Positions 19,480-32,339 are shown, counted from the first letter of the stretch. The stretch is 64,000 nt of DNA from Burkholderiaceae bacterium (GCA_035720945.1 DASTNK010000058.1:1148-65147), one strand, 5' to 3'. Notes: generated by a model not told the origin, from the letters alone. Numbers and translations: made by a program.

Positions 19480-20757
19480 ATGTCCCGCAACCCTGAATTG
19501 TTCGACCGCGCCTGCCAGACCATACCAGGCGGCGTCAACTCGCCCGTCCGAGCCTTTCGTTCCGTGGGCGGGGCGCCCAGATTCATCCAGCGGGCACAAG
19601 GCCCTTACATCTGGGACGTGGACGGCGCCCGTTACATCGACTACATCGGGTCGTGGGGCACGGCGATACTGGGGCACGCGCATCCCGAAGTCGTACGCGC
19701 AGTGCAGGACGCCGCCGTCAACGGTTTGTCGTTCGGCACCCCCACCGAGGCCGAGATCGAGATCGCCGAGACCATCGCGGCACGCATTCCATCCATCGAA
19801 AAAGTGCGATTGGTGAGCTCGGGCACGGAAGCGACCATGACCGCCATCCGGCTGGCCCGGGGCTACACGGGGCGCTCCAAGATCATCAAGTTCGAGGGCT
19901 GTTACCACGGCCATGCCGACAGCCTGCTGGTCAAAGCGGGGTCGGGCATGCTGACTTTCGGCAACCCCACATCGGCGGGCGTCCCGCCGGAATTCATCCG
20001 GCACACGCTGGTGCTGGACTACAACCGCCTGGACTCGGTCAAAGAAGCCTTCCGCCAACACGGCGCGGACATCGCCTGCGTGATCATCGAACCAATGGCC
20101 GGCAACATGAACCTGGTCAAACCCGTGCCGGGCTTCCTCGAAGGCCTGCGCCAGTTGTGCTCCGAGCATGGCGCCCTGCTCATCTTCGATGAGGTCATGA
20201 CGGGTTTCCGTGTCGGCCCGCAAGGCGTCCAGGGGCTCACGGGCGTTCAGCCGGACTTGACCACGCTGGCGAAGATCATCGGCGGCGGCATGCCGGTGGG
20301 GGCGTTTGGCGGCCGGGCCGACATCATGGAGCACATCGCGCCCATTGGGTCGGTCTATCAGGCGGGGACGCTGTCCGGCAACCCGGTGGCGGTTGCCGCC
20401 GGCATCACCACATTGCGGCTGCTGGAGGCGCCGGGTTTCTATGAAGACCTGTCGGTAGGCACGGCCCGCCTCACCAACGGCCTGGCCGAACGCGCCAAGG
20501 CGGCTGGCGTCTCTTTTTGCGCCGATTCCGTCGGGGGCATGTTCGGCCTGTATTTTTCGTCGAACATTCCCACCACATTCGATGAGGTGTCACACTGCAA
20601 CATCGAACGCTTCAACAAGTTCTTCCATGGCATGCTGACGCGCGGCGTGCACTTCGCCCCGTCCGCCTTCGAGGCGGGCTTCATGTCGGCGGCGCATGGC
20701 GACGCGGAAATCAACGCCACCCTGGATGCCGCGGAAGCCGTGTTCGCGAAGCTCTGA
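19480..20757 (+). CDS. hemL: Glutamate-1-semialdehyde 2,1-aminomutase
   Basis: 425 aa. [26 protein letters not shown], and the PLP-lysine context [11 protein letters not shown]. Confidence 0.95.
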   Translation: MSRNPELFDRACQTIPGGVNSPVRAFRSVGGAPRFIQRAQGPYIWDVDGARYIDYIGSWGTAILGHAHPEVVRAVQDAAVNGLSFGTPTEAEIEIAETIAARIPSIEKVRLVSSGTEATMTAIRLARGYTGRSKIIKFEGCYHGHADSLLVKAGSGMLTFGNPTSAGVPPEFIRHTLVLDYNRLDSVKEAFRQHGADIACVIIEPMAGNMNLVKPVPGFLEGLRQLCSEHGALLIFDEVMTGFRVGPQGVQGLTGVQPDLTTLAKIIGGGMPVGAFGGRADIMEHIAPIGSVYQAGTLSGNPVAVAAGITTLRLLEAPGFYEDLSVGTARLTNGLAERAKAAGVSFCADSVGGMFGLYFSSNIPTTFDEVSHCNIERFNKFFHGMLTRGVHFAPSAFEAGFMSAAHGDAEINATLDAAEAVFAKL

Positions 20758-20784
20758 GACCAGGCCGCATCCGACGACAGCCCT

Positions 20785-20821
20785 GAAAAACCATCGCCTT
20801 TCTTCTGGATGGAAGGCGATG
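20785..20821 (-). terminator. Hairpin plus U-run, terminator for the ridA-ending operon (shared with convergent hemL)
   Basis: CATCGCCTT (20792-20800) pairs with AAGGCGATG (20813-20821). On the minus strand the stem is followed by GTTTTTC (A-run 20786-20790 on the plus strand). Confidence 0.5.
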
Positions 20822-20867
20822 CCTCTCGGTTACGGCAGCCAGTCAGAAAATCGAAAAAGCGAGGCTA

Positions 20868-21290
20868 TCAAGCTGGCGCCGGGGGCACCACGGCCGTGAC
20901 CTCGATCTCGACGCGGGCGCGATCTTCGATCAGCGCCGCCACCTCGACCGCCGTCATCGCGGGGAAATGGCGCCCGATGATCTCGCGGTAATGCCGGCCC
21001 ATCTCGCGCAGCGATGCCACGTATTCGTCGCGGTCACGCACGTACCAGGTCATGCGCACGATGTGCCGGGGCTCGGCACCGCCCTGGGCCAACACATCCA
21101 CGATGTTGCGCAACGCCTGCGCGACCTGCCCGGAGAAATCATCCGTCTCGAAGACCTGCTGGCCATTCCAGCCGATCTGGCCGCCCACGAACAGCAATCT
21201 GCCACCCACCATCAGTTCCGTCATCACGCCATTGGCGTAGCCCTTGGGGGGTGTCCAGTCCGGCGGCTGCAAGAATTCCATGTGTGTCAT
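20868..21290 (-). CDS. RidA/YjgF/TdcF-family reactive-intermediate (enamine/imine) deaminase
   Basis: 140 aa with the characteristic C-terminal PAMTAVEVAAL...ARVEIEV pattern. Last gene of the acyl-CoA operon. Confidence 0.85.
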   Translation of the reverse strand: MTHMEFLQPPDWTPPKGYANGVMTELMVGGRLLFVGGQIGWNGQQVFETDDFSGQVAQALRNIVDVLAQGGAEPRHIVRMTWYVRDRDEYVASLREMGRHYREIIGRHFPAMTAVEVAALIEDRARVEIEVTAVVPPAPA

Positions 21291-21334
21291 TTCCCAGATT
21301 TGGTTGAAGAAGAGTGGCGGCGGTGGGCGTCCGC

Positions 21335-22978
21335 TCAGGACAGGTTGCGCAGAGCGTACCGCTGCAGCTTTCCGGTCCCGGTGCGCGGCAAGCTATCGAC
21401 GAAGACCACCGCGCGTGGATACTTGTATGGCGCGATGGTGGCCTTGACGTGGTCCTGCAAGGTTTTGACCATCGCGCTGTCGCCCAGGCAGCCCGGCTTG
21501 AGCACCACGAATGCCTTGACGATGTTGCCACGCGCGGGATCCGCCACGCCAACCACCCCACATTCGGCCACCGCCTCATGCGTCAACAATGCCGCCTCCA
21601 CTTCGGGCCCGGCGATGTTGTAGCCCGCCGACACGATCATGTCGTCGTTGCGGGCCTGGTAAAACAAATAGCCGTCTTCATCCATGATGAACGTGTCACC
21701 CGGAAGATTCCAGCCTTGCTGGACGAAGGCGCGCTGACGGTCATCGTCCAGGTACCGGCATCCAGTTGGCCCTTTCACCGCCAGGCGCCCGATCGTGCCA
21801 CGCGGCACTTCTTCCAGATTCTGGTCAACGACCCGCACCACATACCCCGGCACGGCGCGGCCGATGGCACCGGCACGCACCCGCTCATTCGCACTCGACA
21901 CGTAGACGTGAATCAATTCGGTGCCCCCTATGCCGTCGATCATTTCCACTCCTGTGGCGTCGCGCCACAGATGACGTGTGTCATCGGGCAGCGCCTCGCC
22001 CGCCGACACCGACGCACGCAGGGTGGAGAGGTCGTGGCCGGGCGCCAGTGCCGCCATCTGCCGGTAGAAAGTCGGGGCGGTGAACGTCATGGTCACACCG
22101 AAATCCTGGACCGTGGCGAGCAATTCGGCGGGGGTGAGCTTTTCAACCAGGACGACCGATGCGCCCACGCGCAGCGGAAAGCACAGCAGGCCACCCAGGC
22201 CGAACGTGAACGCCAGCGGTGGGGTGCCGCACACCACGTCGTTCGGCATCATTTTCAGGATGTGCCGGGAGAACGTGTCGCACATGGCGAGAACGTCATG
22301 ATGGAAGTGCATGCACCCCTTGGGCTTGCCGGTGGTGCCGCTGGTGAACGCGATGAGGCAGACGTCGTCGACAGCGGTATCGCACGCGGTGAACCCGGCC
22401 GGCTTGGCGGCCGCCAGCGCCTCGAGCGAGTCCGGCCCGTCCCCGTTGAAATACCGTACATGCGCCAGGTCGGCGCAGTAATGCTCGTGCGAAGAGTCCC
22501 GACAATGCTCCAACTCGTCAGCCAGGCGCGCGTCGCACAGCGCCGCACTGATTCGCGCCTTGTCGACGAGCTTCTTCAGTTCGCCCGACCGAAGCAGCGG
22601 CATGGAGGGCACCGTGACCAACCCCGCCTTCACGGCCGCCAGCCACGACGCCGCCATCATCGGATTGTTCGGCCCGCGTAGCAGGATGCGATTGCCGGGT
22701 ACCAGCCCCATGTCTTCGGTGAGCACATGCGCGATGCGGTTGGTGAGCGCGGCGAGTTCGCCATACGTCATGGCGCGCTGTTCGCCGTTCTCGCGCCAAT
22801 GCAGCGCGACGCGGTCGGCGCCCGCGCGCGCGGCGACGTCATCGACCAGCGAGACGGCGCAATTCAACCGCGCCGGATACGCGACATCCGGATTGCCCGC
22901 GATGAGCATTTCGGGCCATTGATCGAGTGGCGGGAGATGATCCCGCGCGAAAGTATCGATATGGGCTGAACGTTCCAC
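21335..22978 (-). CDS. AMP-forming aromatic acid-CoA ligase (benzoate/2-aminobenzoate-CoA ligase-like)
   Basis: 547 aa. AMP-binding motif FTSGTTGKPKG, GEALP, YVSSA..., and C-terminal LPRTGTGKLQR. The N-terminal region resembles aryl-CoA ligases. Confidence 0.85.
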   Translation of the reverse strand: MERSAHIDTFARDHLPPLDQWPEMLIAGNPDVAYPARLNCAVSLVDDVAARAGADRVALHWRENGEQRAMTYGELAALTNRIAHVLTEDMGLVPGNRILLRGPNNPMMAASWLAAVKAGLVTVPSMPLLRSGELKKLVDKARISAALCDARLADELEHCRDSSHEHYCADLAHVRYFNGDGPDSLEALAAAKPAGFTACDTAVDDVCLIAFTSGTTGKPKGCMHFHHDVLAMCDTFSRHILKMMPNDVVCGTPPLAFTFGLGGLLCFPLRVGASVVLVEKLTPAELLATVQDFGVTMTFTAPTFYRQMAALAPGHDLSTLRASVSAGEALPDDTRHLWRDATGVEMIDGIGGTELIHVYVSSANERVRAGAIGRAVPGYVVRVVDQNLEEVPRGTIGRLAVKGPTGCRYLDDDRQRAFVQQGWNLPGDTFIMDEDGYLFYQARNDDMIVSAGYNIAGPEVEAALLTHEAVAECGVVGVADPARGNIVKAFVVLKPGCLGDSAMVKTLQDHVKATIAPYKYPRAVVFVDSLPRTGTGKLQRYALRNLS

Positions 22979-23021
22979 GATTTCATGTCTCCTGATAGAA
23001 GTTCCTCTGCCGCCTCACTTC

Positions 23022-24200
23022 TTATTGACCAACGACCTTGAGCATTTCCCGGGCGATGATCAGTTTCTGTACCTCGGTGGCACCTTCGTAGATCCGCAAC
23101 GCGCGGATTTCGCGATAAAGACGCTCCACGGGCGCATCACTCACGACACCGCGCGCACCGAACATCTGCACGGCCCGGTCGATGACACGCTGTGCGGATT
23201 CCGTCGCCGCCATCTTGGCCATGGCCGCCTCACGCGTGGTGCGCGCTTTCTTGACGTCCCGCAGCCACGCCGCGCGGTACGTCAGCAGTGCCGCCGCGTC
23301 GATTTCGGTCGCCATGTCGCCCAGGGCGGACTGCGTGAGTTGCAGATCGGCGAGGCGTTGGCCGAACATCCGGCGCGAGACACTGTGCCGCAACGCCTCG
23401 TGCAGGGCGCGGCGCGCAAAACCCAACGCCGCGGCCGCCACCGACGCGCGAAAGATATCCAGCGTCATCATGGCCAGTTTGAAACCGTGCCCGGCTTCGC
23501 CCAGGCGCTGCGAAGCCGGAACGCGGCATTCTTTGAATTCGAGCGTGGCCAGTGGATGCGGCGCCATGACGTCGATGCGTCGCGGGATGGTCAGGCCGGG
23601 GGTGCCGGCATCGACCACGAAGGCGCTGATGCCGCGCGCGCCGGGCGCTTCACCAGTGCGCGCGAACACGCAATAGAAATCGGCGATGCCGCCGTTGGAA
23701 ATCCAGGTTTTCTCGCCGTTCAGCACATAGCCGCCCTCGACGGCTTCCGCCCGACAACTCATGGCCGCCACGTCCGAACCGGCGTCGGGCTCGGACAGGG
23801 CGAACGCCGCGATGGCATTGCCGGCGGCCACCTCGGGGAGGTAGCGCTCACGCAGCGCGTCGCTCCCCCCAAGGGAGATGGCGCCGCTGCCCAGCCCCTG
23901 CATGGCGCAGGCGAAGTCGGCCAGGCCATCGTGAAACGCCAGCGTTTCGCGCAGCAGGCAGACGGCGCGCGAGTCGATCTCCGGCCACCGCCCGCCCCAC
24001 TTGCCGGCGGACCCGTGGGGCACGACATAACGCAGCCAGCCGCCGGCCCCCAACGCGCGAACCAGGCGGCGGCAGGTGGCGTCGGTGTCGGCGTGATCCC
24101 CCTGCGGCAGATCCGATGCGCACCACGCCGCCAGGCTGGTTGCGAGTTCGCGATGGCGCCCTTCGAAGAAGGGCCATTCAAGCCAAGTCGTGTCGTCCAT
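23022..24200 (-). CDS. Acyl-CoA dehydrogenase
   Basis: 392 aa. [20 protein letters not shown], and C-terminal [17 protein letters not shown]. Confidence 0.9.
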   Translation of the reverse strand: MDDTTWLEWPFFEGRHRELATSLAAWCASDLPQGDHADTDATCRRLVRALGAGGWLRYVVPHGSAGKWGGRWPEIDSRAVCLLRETLAFHDGLADFACAMQGLGSGAISLGGSDALRERYLPEVAAGNAIAAFALSEPDAGSDVAAMSCRAEAVEGGYVLNGEKTWISNGGIADFYCVFARTGEAPGARGISAFVVDAGTPGLTIPRRIDVMAPHPLATLEFKECRVPASQRLGEAGHGFKLAMMTLDIFRASVAAAALGFARRALHEALRHSVSRRMFGQRLADLQLTQSALGDMATEIDAAALLTYRAAWLRDVKKARTTREAAMAKMAATESAQRVIDRAVQMFGARGVVSDAPVERLYREIRALRIYEGATEVQKLIIAREMLKVVGQ

Positions 24201-25061
24201 TCAATCCCCTTCGAAAACAGGCTTGCGCTTGGCGGAGAAGGCCTCGTAGGCGCGGAGGAAATCCCTGGTCTGCATGCAGATGGCCTGGGCCTGGGCTTCA
24301 GCCTCGATGGCGTCGTCCAGGCTCATGGCCCACTCCTCGCGCAGCAGCGTTTTGGTCATGGCGTGGGCGAATGTCGGCCCGTCGGCGATCTGCCGCGCCA
24401 TGGTCTGCGCGGCCCGCAACAGCTCGTCGGGTTCGTGCAGGCTATTGAAGAAGCCCCAGGCCAGCCCCTCGTCGGCCGACATCGACCGGCCGGTGTACAG
24501 CAACTCGGACGCACGGCCCTGGCCGATGGTGCGCGGCAACAACGAGCAGGCGCCCATATCCGCGCCGGCGAGCCCTACCCGGGTGAACAGAAACGCCGTG
24601 CGCGCCGCCGCCGTGCCGAACCGGAAATCCGCCGCCAGCGCCACCATGGCGCCCGCACCGGCGCAGATACCATCGACCGCGGCAACGATGGGCTGGGGGC
24701 AGGCTCGCATGGCCTTGACCAAGTCACCCGTCATGCGGGTGAAATCAAGCAGTTGCGGCATGTTCATCTTCGTGAGCGGCCCGATGATCTCGTGCACGTC
24801 ACCACCGGAGCAGAAATTGCCGCCGGCTCCGGCCACCACCACAGTCTTGATATCCGTGGCGTACACGAGGGCGCGAAACAGATCGCGCAACTCGGCATAG
24901 GAATCGAACGTCAAGGGGTTCTTGCGTTCCGGACGGTTCAGCGTGATGGTGGCGACTTTTCCGTCATCGGAGGCCGACCAGAGAAAATGCCTGGCCTGGT
25001 AGCCCGCCATCGCGCGTTTATGTTTCGCCATGTTGTGTGCGACTTGCCGCGTGTCTTCCAT
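24201..25061 (-). CDS. Enoyl-CoA hydratase/isomerase (crotonase) family protein
   Basis: Start at MEDTRQ (ATG 25061), with GGAGA 7-8 nt upstream. [12 protein letters not shown] and [11 protein letters not shown] oxyanion-hole motifs. The stop directly abuts the ACAD start. Confidence 0.85.
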   Translation of the reverse strand: MEDTRQVAHNMAKHKRAMAGYQARHFLWSASDDGKVATITLNRPERKNPLTFDSYAELRDLFRALVYATDIKTVVVAGAGGNFCSGGDVHEIIGPLTKMNMPQLLDFTRMTGDLVKAMRACPQPIVAAVDGICAGAGAMVALAADFRFGTAAARTAFLFTRVGLAGADMGACSLLPRTIGQGRASELLYTGRSMSADEGLAWGFFNSLHEPDELLRAAQTMARQIADGPTFAHAMTKTLLREEWAMSLDDAIEAEAQAQAICMQTRDFLRAYEAFSAKRKPVFEGD

Positions 25062-25078
25062 CGGATTCTCCTTGTCGG

Positions 25079-25861
25079 TTAGCTCGTTGCCACTTCCCCG
25101 CCATCGACGGCAATGGCCTGGCCGTTGACCGAGGCCGCCCCTGGCCCGCACAGCCAGGCCACCGTGTCGGCCACTTCGTCGGGTTGCACCAGCCGGCGTT
25201 GGGGATTGCGCTCGGCCAGTTTTTCCCTGGCCTGCTGTTCGGTCATCCCGGTCTTGGCGATGATGTTGCGCACCGCGTCGCGCACCAGATCGGTCTCGGT
25301 GTAGCCGGGACACACGGCGTTGACCGTGACACCTTTTCCGGCCAGCTCCCGCGCCAGTGAACGCGTCAACCCCACCACACCGTGCTTGGCGGCGCAATAG
25401 GCGCTGACGTAGGCGTAGCCGACCAGTCCAGCGGTGCTGGCCACATTGACGATGCGGCCCCGCTGTCCGGCAAGCATGTCAGGCAGCACAGACTGGATGC
25501 AATGGAAGGTGCCTGTCAGATTGACGGCGATCATGTCCCGCCATTGATCGTCCGTCATCCGGTCGAATCGCTCGCTGATGGCCTGGCCGGCGTTGTTGAC
25601 GAGCACGTCCACCGGCCCGAATTCGCGCCGCGCCGCGTCCATGGCACCACCGACCTGGTCGTGGTGGACAACGTCGGCCTGAACCCGGGCCACGCGCCCG
25701 GGGGCGTCGAGCTCGCGGACGGCCGCATCCAGAGGGGCGGCACCACGCCCCAGCAGCGTGACGCACAAGCCTCGTCCAAGCAGGCGTCGCGCCACGGCGA
25801 GGCCGATTCCACGCGCGCCACCGGTCACCACGGCGTGACGGAATGCGGGTTGGTTGCTCAT
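25079..25861 (-). CDS. Short-chain dehydrogenase/reductase (3-hydroxyacyl-CoA dehydrogenase-type)
   Basis: [12 protein letters not shown], and the catalytic YCAAK. The start overlaps the upstream stop (ATGA at 25858-25861). Confidence 0.9.
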   Translation of the reverse strand: MSNQPAFRHAVVTGGARGIGLAVARRLLGRGLCVTLLGRGAAPLDAAVRELDAPGRVARVQADVVHHDQVGGAMDAARREFGPVDVLVNNAGQAISERFDRMTDDQWRDMIAVNLTGTFHCIQSVLPDMLAGQRGRIVNVASTAGLVGYAYVSAYCAAKHGVVGLTRSLARELAGKGVTVNAVCPGYTETDLVRDAVRNIIAKTGMTEQQAREKLAERNPQRRLVQPDEVADTVAWLCGPGAASVNGQAIAVDGGEVATS

Positions 25862-28212
25862 TTGCCTATCTGCTGCGCGTAGGCGGCAGCCCGTTCAAAG
25901 TTGGTCTCGAGTTGGCGCTTGGCCGGGAAGTACTGTTTGGGCCATGCCACATCGGCGTAGCCGATGCGCGCCGATTCCCGCAGCGTCCAGGCGGCATCGG
26001 CGAGATGCGGGCGCGCCAGTGCGCACAGATCGGCCCGGCCCGAGGCGATGATGCTGTTGACGTGGTCGGCTTCGAAGATGGCCCCCACCGCAATCGTGGG
26101 CACGTTGGCCTCGTTGCGGACGCGGTCGGCGAATGGCGTCTGGAACATGCGCCCATACACTGGCTTCTCTTCCTTGCTGACCTGCCCCGAGGAACAATCC
26201 ACCATGTCGGCACCAGCGGCCTTGAACCGGCGCGCGATCTCCACCGCATCGTCGGCGGTGATGCCACCCTCCACCCAGTCGTGCGCCGAAATGCGCACCG
26301 ACATGGGCAGGTGCGCGGGCCAGACTTCGCGCACGGCCTGGAACACTTCAAGGGGGTAGCGCAGGCGGTTCTCGAGCGAACCTCCATAGGCGTCGACGCG
26401 CAGGTTGGTCAGCGGCGAGATGAAGCTCGACAGCAGATAGCCGTGTGCGCAATGCAGTTCGAGCCAGTCGAAGCCAGCTTTCGCGGCGCGCCGCGCGGCG
26501 GCCACGAACCGCTCGAGCACGTCGCGCATCTGCTCATGCGTCATCCCGGCCGGCACTTGCGATACGCCAGGGATGTATGGAATGGGCGAGGCGGACACCA
26601 ACGGCCAGTTACCAGAGGGCAGAGGCTGATCCGTGCCTTCCCAGCTCACCCGCGTGGAGCCTTTGCGCCCGGCATGGCCAAGCTGCATGCCGATGCGCGC
26701 CGTGCTGTTTTCATGGACGAACCGCACGATGCGGGCAAACGCCTCTTGTTGGGTGTCATTCCACATGCCGGGGCATGCCGGGGTGATGCGCGCATCGGGC
26801 GAGACACACGTCATTTCGACCATGACCAGCCCCGCGCCGCCCATGGCGCGCGCGCCCAGATGCACCAGATGAAAGTCGCCCGGCACGCCATCGACGCACG
26901 AATACATGGCCATGGGAGAAACCATGATCCGGTTCTTCAAGGTGATCCCGCGCACCGTGTAGGGCAGGTGCATGGGCGGAACCGGATGCGCGGAAGGCGG
27001 GGCCTGGGGTTGCAGGCCATCGTTCTGGCGCGCCAGCATCCAGCGCTCGTAACCCTCGAGCCATTCGGCATCGCGCAGGCGGAGATTTTCGTGGGAAATG
27101 CGTTGCGAGCGGGTCAGCAGCGAATAGGCGAACTGCTCCGGGTCGAAGTTCGCGTAGCGCGCGACGTTCTCGAACCACTCGGTGGAATTGCGCGCGGCGT
27201 TCTGAATCTTCAGTACCTCGACCGAACGCACATCCTGGTAATGATCTAGGCCGGCACGTAAATCGCTGCCCTGGTCGGTCAGGCAGCGATGCAGTTCTAT
27301 GGCGTCTTCCAGCGCCAGTTTCGTGCCCGATCCGATGGAAAAATGCGCAGTGTGCGCGGCATCGCCCATCAGCACCACCGGCACCTCGCGTCCGTCGGGC
27401 AACACCTGCCGGTGCACCCAGGTGTCGCAGATGACGCGCGGGAAGCGGATCCAGATGGCTGACCCGCGCAGGTGTGTGGCGTTGCAGACCAGGCGATGCC
27501 CGCCCAGCCAGGGAGCGAACAGCCTCTCGCAATAGGCGATGCCCTCTTCCTGGCTCATGGTTTCCAGCCCCGCCGCACGCCAGGTTTCGTCCCGGGTCTC
27601 GACGATGAACGTGGAGAGTCCGGGTTCGAACTGGTAGGCATGCGCCTGGAACCAGCCGAATTCGGTCTGCACGAACGCGAAAGTGAACGCATCGAACGTT
27701 TGCTCGGTGCCGAGCCACACGAATCGGCATTGGCGCGTGTCGACGTCGGGCTTGTAGGTGTCGGCGTACCGTTTACGCACCCTGCTGTTGAGCCCGTCGG
27801 AGGCGATGACCAGATCGGCGCCATAGCGCAAGGCGACCTCCTGATCGTCGGAAACGTCGGTTTCAAACACGAGACTCACGCCCAGTTCCTCGCAGCGCGC
27901 CTGCAGCACATTGAGGAGCTTCTTGCGCCCGATGCCGATGAAGCCGTGTCCACCGCTGCGTATGGTGCCGCCCCGGTAGTGGATGTCGATGTCGTCCCAG
28001 CGGTTGAATGCCGAGATGATGCGCCCGGCCGACACCGGATCGGCCTCGGTGAGATTTTCCAGCGTGGCATCGGAGAACACGACGCCCCAGCCGAAAGTGT
28101 CGTAGGGCCGGTTGCGCTCGATGACGACGACCTCGTGGCGCGCATCGCTGAGTTTCATCAGCAGGCCGAAGTACAGCCCCGCCGGACCGCCGCCTATGCA
28201 TACGATTTTCAT
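25858..28212 (-). CDS. Bifunctional FAD aromatic-ring hydroxylase / Old-Yellow-Enzyme-type reductase (salicylyl-CoA 5-hydroxylase / 2-aminobenzoyl-CoA monooxygenase-reductase-like)
   Basis: 784 aa. The N-terminal half has [20 protein letters not shown] and [22 protein letters not shown] (group A flavin monooxygenase). The C-terminal half has [10 protein letters not shown] and [29 protein letters not shown] (OYE/FMN). Confidence 0.85.
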   Translation of the reverse strand: MKIVCIGGGPAGLYFGLLMKLSDARHEVVVIERNRPYDTFGWGVVFSDATLENLTEADPVSAGRIISAFNRWDDIDIHYRGGTIRSGGHGFIGIGRKKLLNVLQARCEELGVSLVFETDVSDDQEVALRYGADLVIASDGLNSRVRKRYADTYKPDVDTRQCRFVWLGTEQTFDAFTFAFVQTEFGWFQAHAYQFEPGLSTFIVETRDETWRAAGLETMSQEEGIAYCERLFAPWLGGHRLVCNATHLRGSAIWIRFPRVICDTWVHRQVLPDGREVPVVLMGDAAHTAHFSIGSGTKLALEDAIELHRCLTDQGSDLRAGLDHYQDVRSVEVLKIQNAARNSTEWFENVARYANFDPEQFAYSLLTRSQRISHENLRLRDAEWLEGYERWMLARQNDGLQPQAPPSAHPVPPMHLPYTVRGITLKNRIMVSPMAMYSCVDGVPGDFHLVHLGARAMGGAGLVMVEMTCVSPDARITPACPGMWNDTQQEAFARIVRFVHENSTARIGMQLGHAGRKGSTRVSWEGTDQPLPSGNWPLVSASPIPYIPGVSQVPAGMTHEQMRDVLERFVAAARRAAKAGFDWLELHCAHGYLLSSFISPLTNLRVDAYGGSLENRLRYPLEVFQAVREVWPAHLPMSVRISAHDWVEGGITADDAVEIARRFKAAGADMVDCSSGQVSKEEKPVYGRMFQTPFADRVRNEANVPTIAVGAIFEADHVNSIIASGRADLCALARPHLADAAWTLRESARIGYADVAWPKQYFPAKRQLETNFERAAAYAQQIGK

Positions 28213-28369
28213 GGATCTGGCCCCGAAAATTTATTTTAGGCTTAAACTATATAGTCAAAAAGAAAATCCGGCAAGCATTTTCCCCTCACACTTTTGCCGC
28301 TATCATGTGATTGAAGATTAAAATTAACCTGTATCAACCATTTGTGACGCATCTACCGGATTCGACGCC

Positions 28370-28873
28370 ATGAACGACTTTCCCGCCGCCAGCATCGAAC
28401 AGGCGATCCCCGACCTGGAAAGCCGCACCGTGCCCGAGGATCACCAGGACCTCCGCCTGTGGTTGCGCCTGCTGACCTGCAGCAACCTGATAGAAGGCAC
28501 GATCCGCAGCCGCCTGCGCACGGAATTCAGCACCACGCTGCCCCGCTTCGACCTCATGGCGCAGTTGCTGCGAGCCCCGGATGGCATGAAGATGAGCGAT
28601 CTGTCGCAGCACATGATGGTCACCAACGGCAACATCACCGGCATCACCGACCAACTCGAGAAAGAGGGGCTGGTCGAGCGGGTGAAGGTGGCCACGGATC
28701 GACGCAGTTCGTTGATCCGCCTCACGACCAAGGGCAAACGCACGTTCCGCAAAATGGCGCAGGCCCATGAAGCCTGGATCCAGTCGCTGTTCTCAGGGCT
28801 GTCCGACACCAGTCGCAAGGCCTTGTACGATGCGCTGGGCGAACTCAAACTGGTCTCCCGCACCCGGCGCTGA
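28370..28873 (+). CDS. MarR-family transcriptional regulator
   Basis: 167 aa. Winged-helix region LPRFDLMAQLLRAPDGMKMSDLSQHMMVTNGNITGITDQLEKEGLVER..DRRS. Divergent from the hydroxylase operon. Confidence 0.85.
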   Translation: MNDFPAASIEQAIPDLESRTVPEDHQDLRLWLRLLTCSNLIEGTIRSRLRTEFSTTLPRFDLMAQLLRAPDGMKMSDLSQHMMVTNGNITGITDQLEKEGLVERVKVATDRRSSLIRLTTKGKRTFRKMAQAHEAWIQSLFSGLSDTSRKALYDALGELKLVSRTRR

Positions 28874-29039
28874 CGTCAGCGCCGCTCCCCATTGGGCGCG
28901 GCGCCACTGCGCGCCAAGCGCCCCAAATCCCGCGTGAACCCGGTTACACTCTTGTTTTTGGCGCCGCACCATCACCTCGCCCTCGTGGCGCGTCCCTTGG
29001 TGCCACGCGTTTGTCCTCTTTTTCGCCGAGTGGCACACC

Positions 29040-30266
29040 ATGGCTGTCAACCTGCACATACCCAAGGAATCCGAGATCCACGCCGTGCCCGGTATCGAGA
29101 TCGGCATCGCTGAAGCCGGCATCCGCAAGGCCGGTCGACGCGACCTGACGGTCTTCAGGCTGGCGCCCGGCACGAATGTGGCCGGCGTGTTCACGCGCAA
29201 CCGCTTCCGTGCCGCGCCGGTACAGGTCTGCGAAAAACATCTGGCAAGTGGCGCGGCGATCCGCGCCCTGGTCATCAACACGGGCAATGCCAACGCCGGG
29301 ACCGGCGAACCGGGTCTGAGCGCGGCAAACCAGACCTGCGCATCGCTGGCCGGACTGCTCGGGCTGGAACCCGGGCAAGTGCTGCCGTTTTCCACCGGCG
29401 TCATCCTTGAACCCTTGCCAGTGGATCGTCTGGTGGCGGCGCTTCCCGCCGCCGCGGCGTCGTTGACGGCTTCCAACTGGTTCGCGGCCGCCCACAGCAT
29501 CATGACCACCGACACCCAGCCCAAGATCGTGTCGCGTCGCGTCGAAGTGGGCGGCAAGACCATCACCATCACCGGCGTCAGCAAAGGGGCGGGCATGATC
29601 CGGCCCAACATGGCGACCATGCTGGGGTTCCTGGCCACGGACGCGGGCCTGCCAACAGCCTTGCTGAGCAAGGCAGCCAAAGCCATCGCCGACCGTTCAT
29701 TCAATCGCATCACGGTCGATGGCGATACGTCCACCAATGACTCATTCATCATCATGGCCACCGGCCAGAGCGGGCTGAACATCGCCGGCGAATCCGACCC
29801 GGCCTATCCTGCCGTGTTCGAGGCATTGGCCTCGGCGGCGACCGAACTCGCCCAGAAGATCATCCGCGACGCCGAAGGGGCGACCAAGTTCATGACCATC
29901 CGCGTCGAACAGGCCGCCAACCAGGAAGAGGCGTTGAAGGTCGCCTACGCGGTGGCCCAGTCCCCACTCGTCAAAACCGCGTTCTTCGCGTCGGATCCCA
30001 ACCTGGGGCGCATTCTATGCGCGATCGGCTATGCAGGCATCGACGACCTCGACGTCACCCGCCTCAACCTGTGGCTGGGTGACGTATTGGTCGCCAGCGC
30101 GGGGGGGCGCCATCCCGGCTATCGGGAAGAAGACGGCCAGCGCGTCATGAAGGAAGCCGAGATCGTCGTGCGCATCGCGCTGGGCCGCGGTGACACCGCC
30201 GAGACCGTCTACACCTGCGATTTTTCGCATGACTACGTGTCGATCAACGCCGATTATCGGTCGTAG
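29040..30266 (+). CDS. argJ: Bifunctional glutamate N-acetyltransferase / amino-acid acetyltransferase
   Basis: 408 aa. [24 protein letters not shown] (autoproteolytic ATML site) and C-terminal [10 protein letters not shown]. Confidence 0.95.
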   Translation: MAVNLHIPKESEIHAVPGIEIGIAEAGIRKAGRRDLTVFRLAPGTNVAGVFTRNRFRAAPVQVCEKHLASGAAIRALVINTGNANAGTGEPGLSAANQTCASLAGLLGLEPGQVLPFSTGVILEPLPVDRLVAALPAAAASLTASNWFAAAHSIMTTDTQPKIVSRRVEVGGKTITITGVSKGAGMIRPNMATMLGFLATDAGLPTALLSKAAKAIADRSFNRITVDGDTSTNDSFIIMATGQSGLNIAGESDPAYPAVFEALASAATELAQKIIRDAEGATKFMTIRVEQAANQEEALKVAYAVAQSPLVKTAFFASDPNLGRILCAIGYAGIDDLDVTRLNLWLGDVLVASAGGRHPGYREEDGQRVMKEAEIVVRIALGRGDTAETVYTCDFSHDYVSINADYRS

Positions 30267-30356
30267 AACTGGGGGGTTGTCAGCCCGACGAAGGGTCGCG
30301 CGGGGCACTCTCCGGCCGCAACCCCTTGACTTGACGCGGATTTTTCCGCCATCAGC

Positions 30357-30386
30357 TTGACTTACCCAATGAGCACAGACTAGAAT
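30357..30386 (+). promoter_or_regulatory. Candidate sigma70 promoter of rplU-rpmA
   Basis: TTGACT (30357-30362), 18-nt spacer, TAGAAT (30381-30386), about 58 nt upstream of the rplU ATG. A small hairpin (CTTGGCG TTTTG CGCCAAG) lies in the leader. Confidence 0.4.
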
Positions 30387-30443
30387 TGAGGGCTTGGCGT
30401 TTTGCGCCAAGGCATCCTTATTCATACCCTAGGGAAATCCCAC

Positions 30444-30755
30444 ATGTACGCGGTCATAAAAACCGGTGGCAAGCAATATCGCGTTGCCGCTGGTCAAAAA
30501 CTCAAGATAGAACAGATACCGGCTGACATTGGGCAAGAAATCACGCTCGACCAGGTGTTGTCGGTGGGCGAAGGCGACCAGTTGCAAATCGGTACGCCTT
30601 TCGTCGCCAACGCCGTGGTCAAGGCTACCGTTCTTGCGCAAGGCCGTCACGACAAGGTCCGTATCTTCAAGATGCGCCGGCGCAAGCACTACCAGAAGCG
30701 CCAGGGGCATCGCCAGAACTACACCGAAGTCCGCATCGACGCGGTCGCGGCCTAG
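30444..30755 (+). CDS. rplU: 50S ribosomal protein L21
   Basis: [14 protein letters not shown]... is the canonical L21 N-terminus. Start at ATG 30444. Confidence 0.95.
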   Translation: MYAVIKTGGKQYRVAAGQKLKIEQIPADIGQEITLDQVLSVGEGDQLQIGTPFVANAVVKATVLAQGRHDKVRIFKMRRRKHYQKRQGHRQNYTEVRIDAVAA

Positions 30756-30794
30756 TCGTCACCGAACCCACCCTTTGCATAGCAGGAGCTAAAC

Positions 30795-31055
30795 ATGGCA
30801 CACAAAAAAGGCGGCGGCTCAACACGCAACGGCCGCGAATCGGAATCGAAACGGCTGGGCGTGAAAACCTATGGCGGCCAAGCCATTTCAGCGGGCGCGA
30901 TCATCGTGCGCCAACGCGGCACCCAGTTCCATCCGGGCACCAATGTTGGCATCGGCAAGGATCACACGCTGTACTCGCTGATCAATGGCACCGTCAAATT
31001 CAGCGTCACCGGGGCGCTCAACAAACGCACGGTGTCGGTCTTGGCGGGCGAATAA
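30795..31055 (+). CDS. rpmA: 50S ribosomal protein L27
   Basis: [24 protein letters not shown] is the canonical L27 N-terminus. Confidence 0.95.
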   Translation: MAHKKGGGSTRNGRESESKRLGVKTYGGQAISAGAIIVRQRGTQFHPGTNVGIGKDHTLYSLINGTVKFSVTGALNKRTVSVLAGE

Positions 31056-31065
31056 CCCACCGGCC

Positions 31066-31119
31066 AGCCCCATATGGGGCTCCCAAAGCCCCGCCCCTCA
31101 ACGGCGGGGCTTTTGTTTT
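31066..31119 (+). terminator. Tandem hairpins with a U-run after rpmA
   Basis: AGCCCC ATAT GGGGCT (31066-31081), then AGCCCCGCC..GGCGGGGCT (31087-31111) followed by TTTTGTTTT. Confidence 0.7.
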
Positions 31120-31121
31120 AG

Positions 31122-32339
<1,218 letters not shown>

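Noticed and set aside
21314-22681. 455-aa plus-strand ORF
   Set aside because: It is antisense to the aryl-CoA ligase, which carries clear AMP-binding motifs. It is a shadow ORF.
23025-25082. 685-aa plus-strand ORF
   Set aside because: It is antisense to two well-supported minus-strand genes (the acyl-CoA dehydrogenase and the enoyl-CoA hydratase) and even spans their junction. Its Arg/Gly/His/Ala-rich composition with no motifs marks it as a typical long shadow ORF of GC-rich DNA.
25843-27249. 468-aa plus-strand ORF
   Set aside because: It is antisense to the 784-aa hydroxylase/reductase. It has no motifs and an Arg/His-rich composition.
29000-29036. 7-bp inverted repeat GTGCCAC...GTGGCAC and a TGGCAC hexamer just upstream of the argJ ATG (a possible sigma54 -24 element or attenuator)
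   Set aside because: No TTGC -12 element occurs at the correct spacing. The stem is too short, with a 23-nt loop, to distinguish from chance.
28793-29782. 329-aa minus-strand ORF
   Set aside because: It is antisense to argJ, whose identity is unambiguous.
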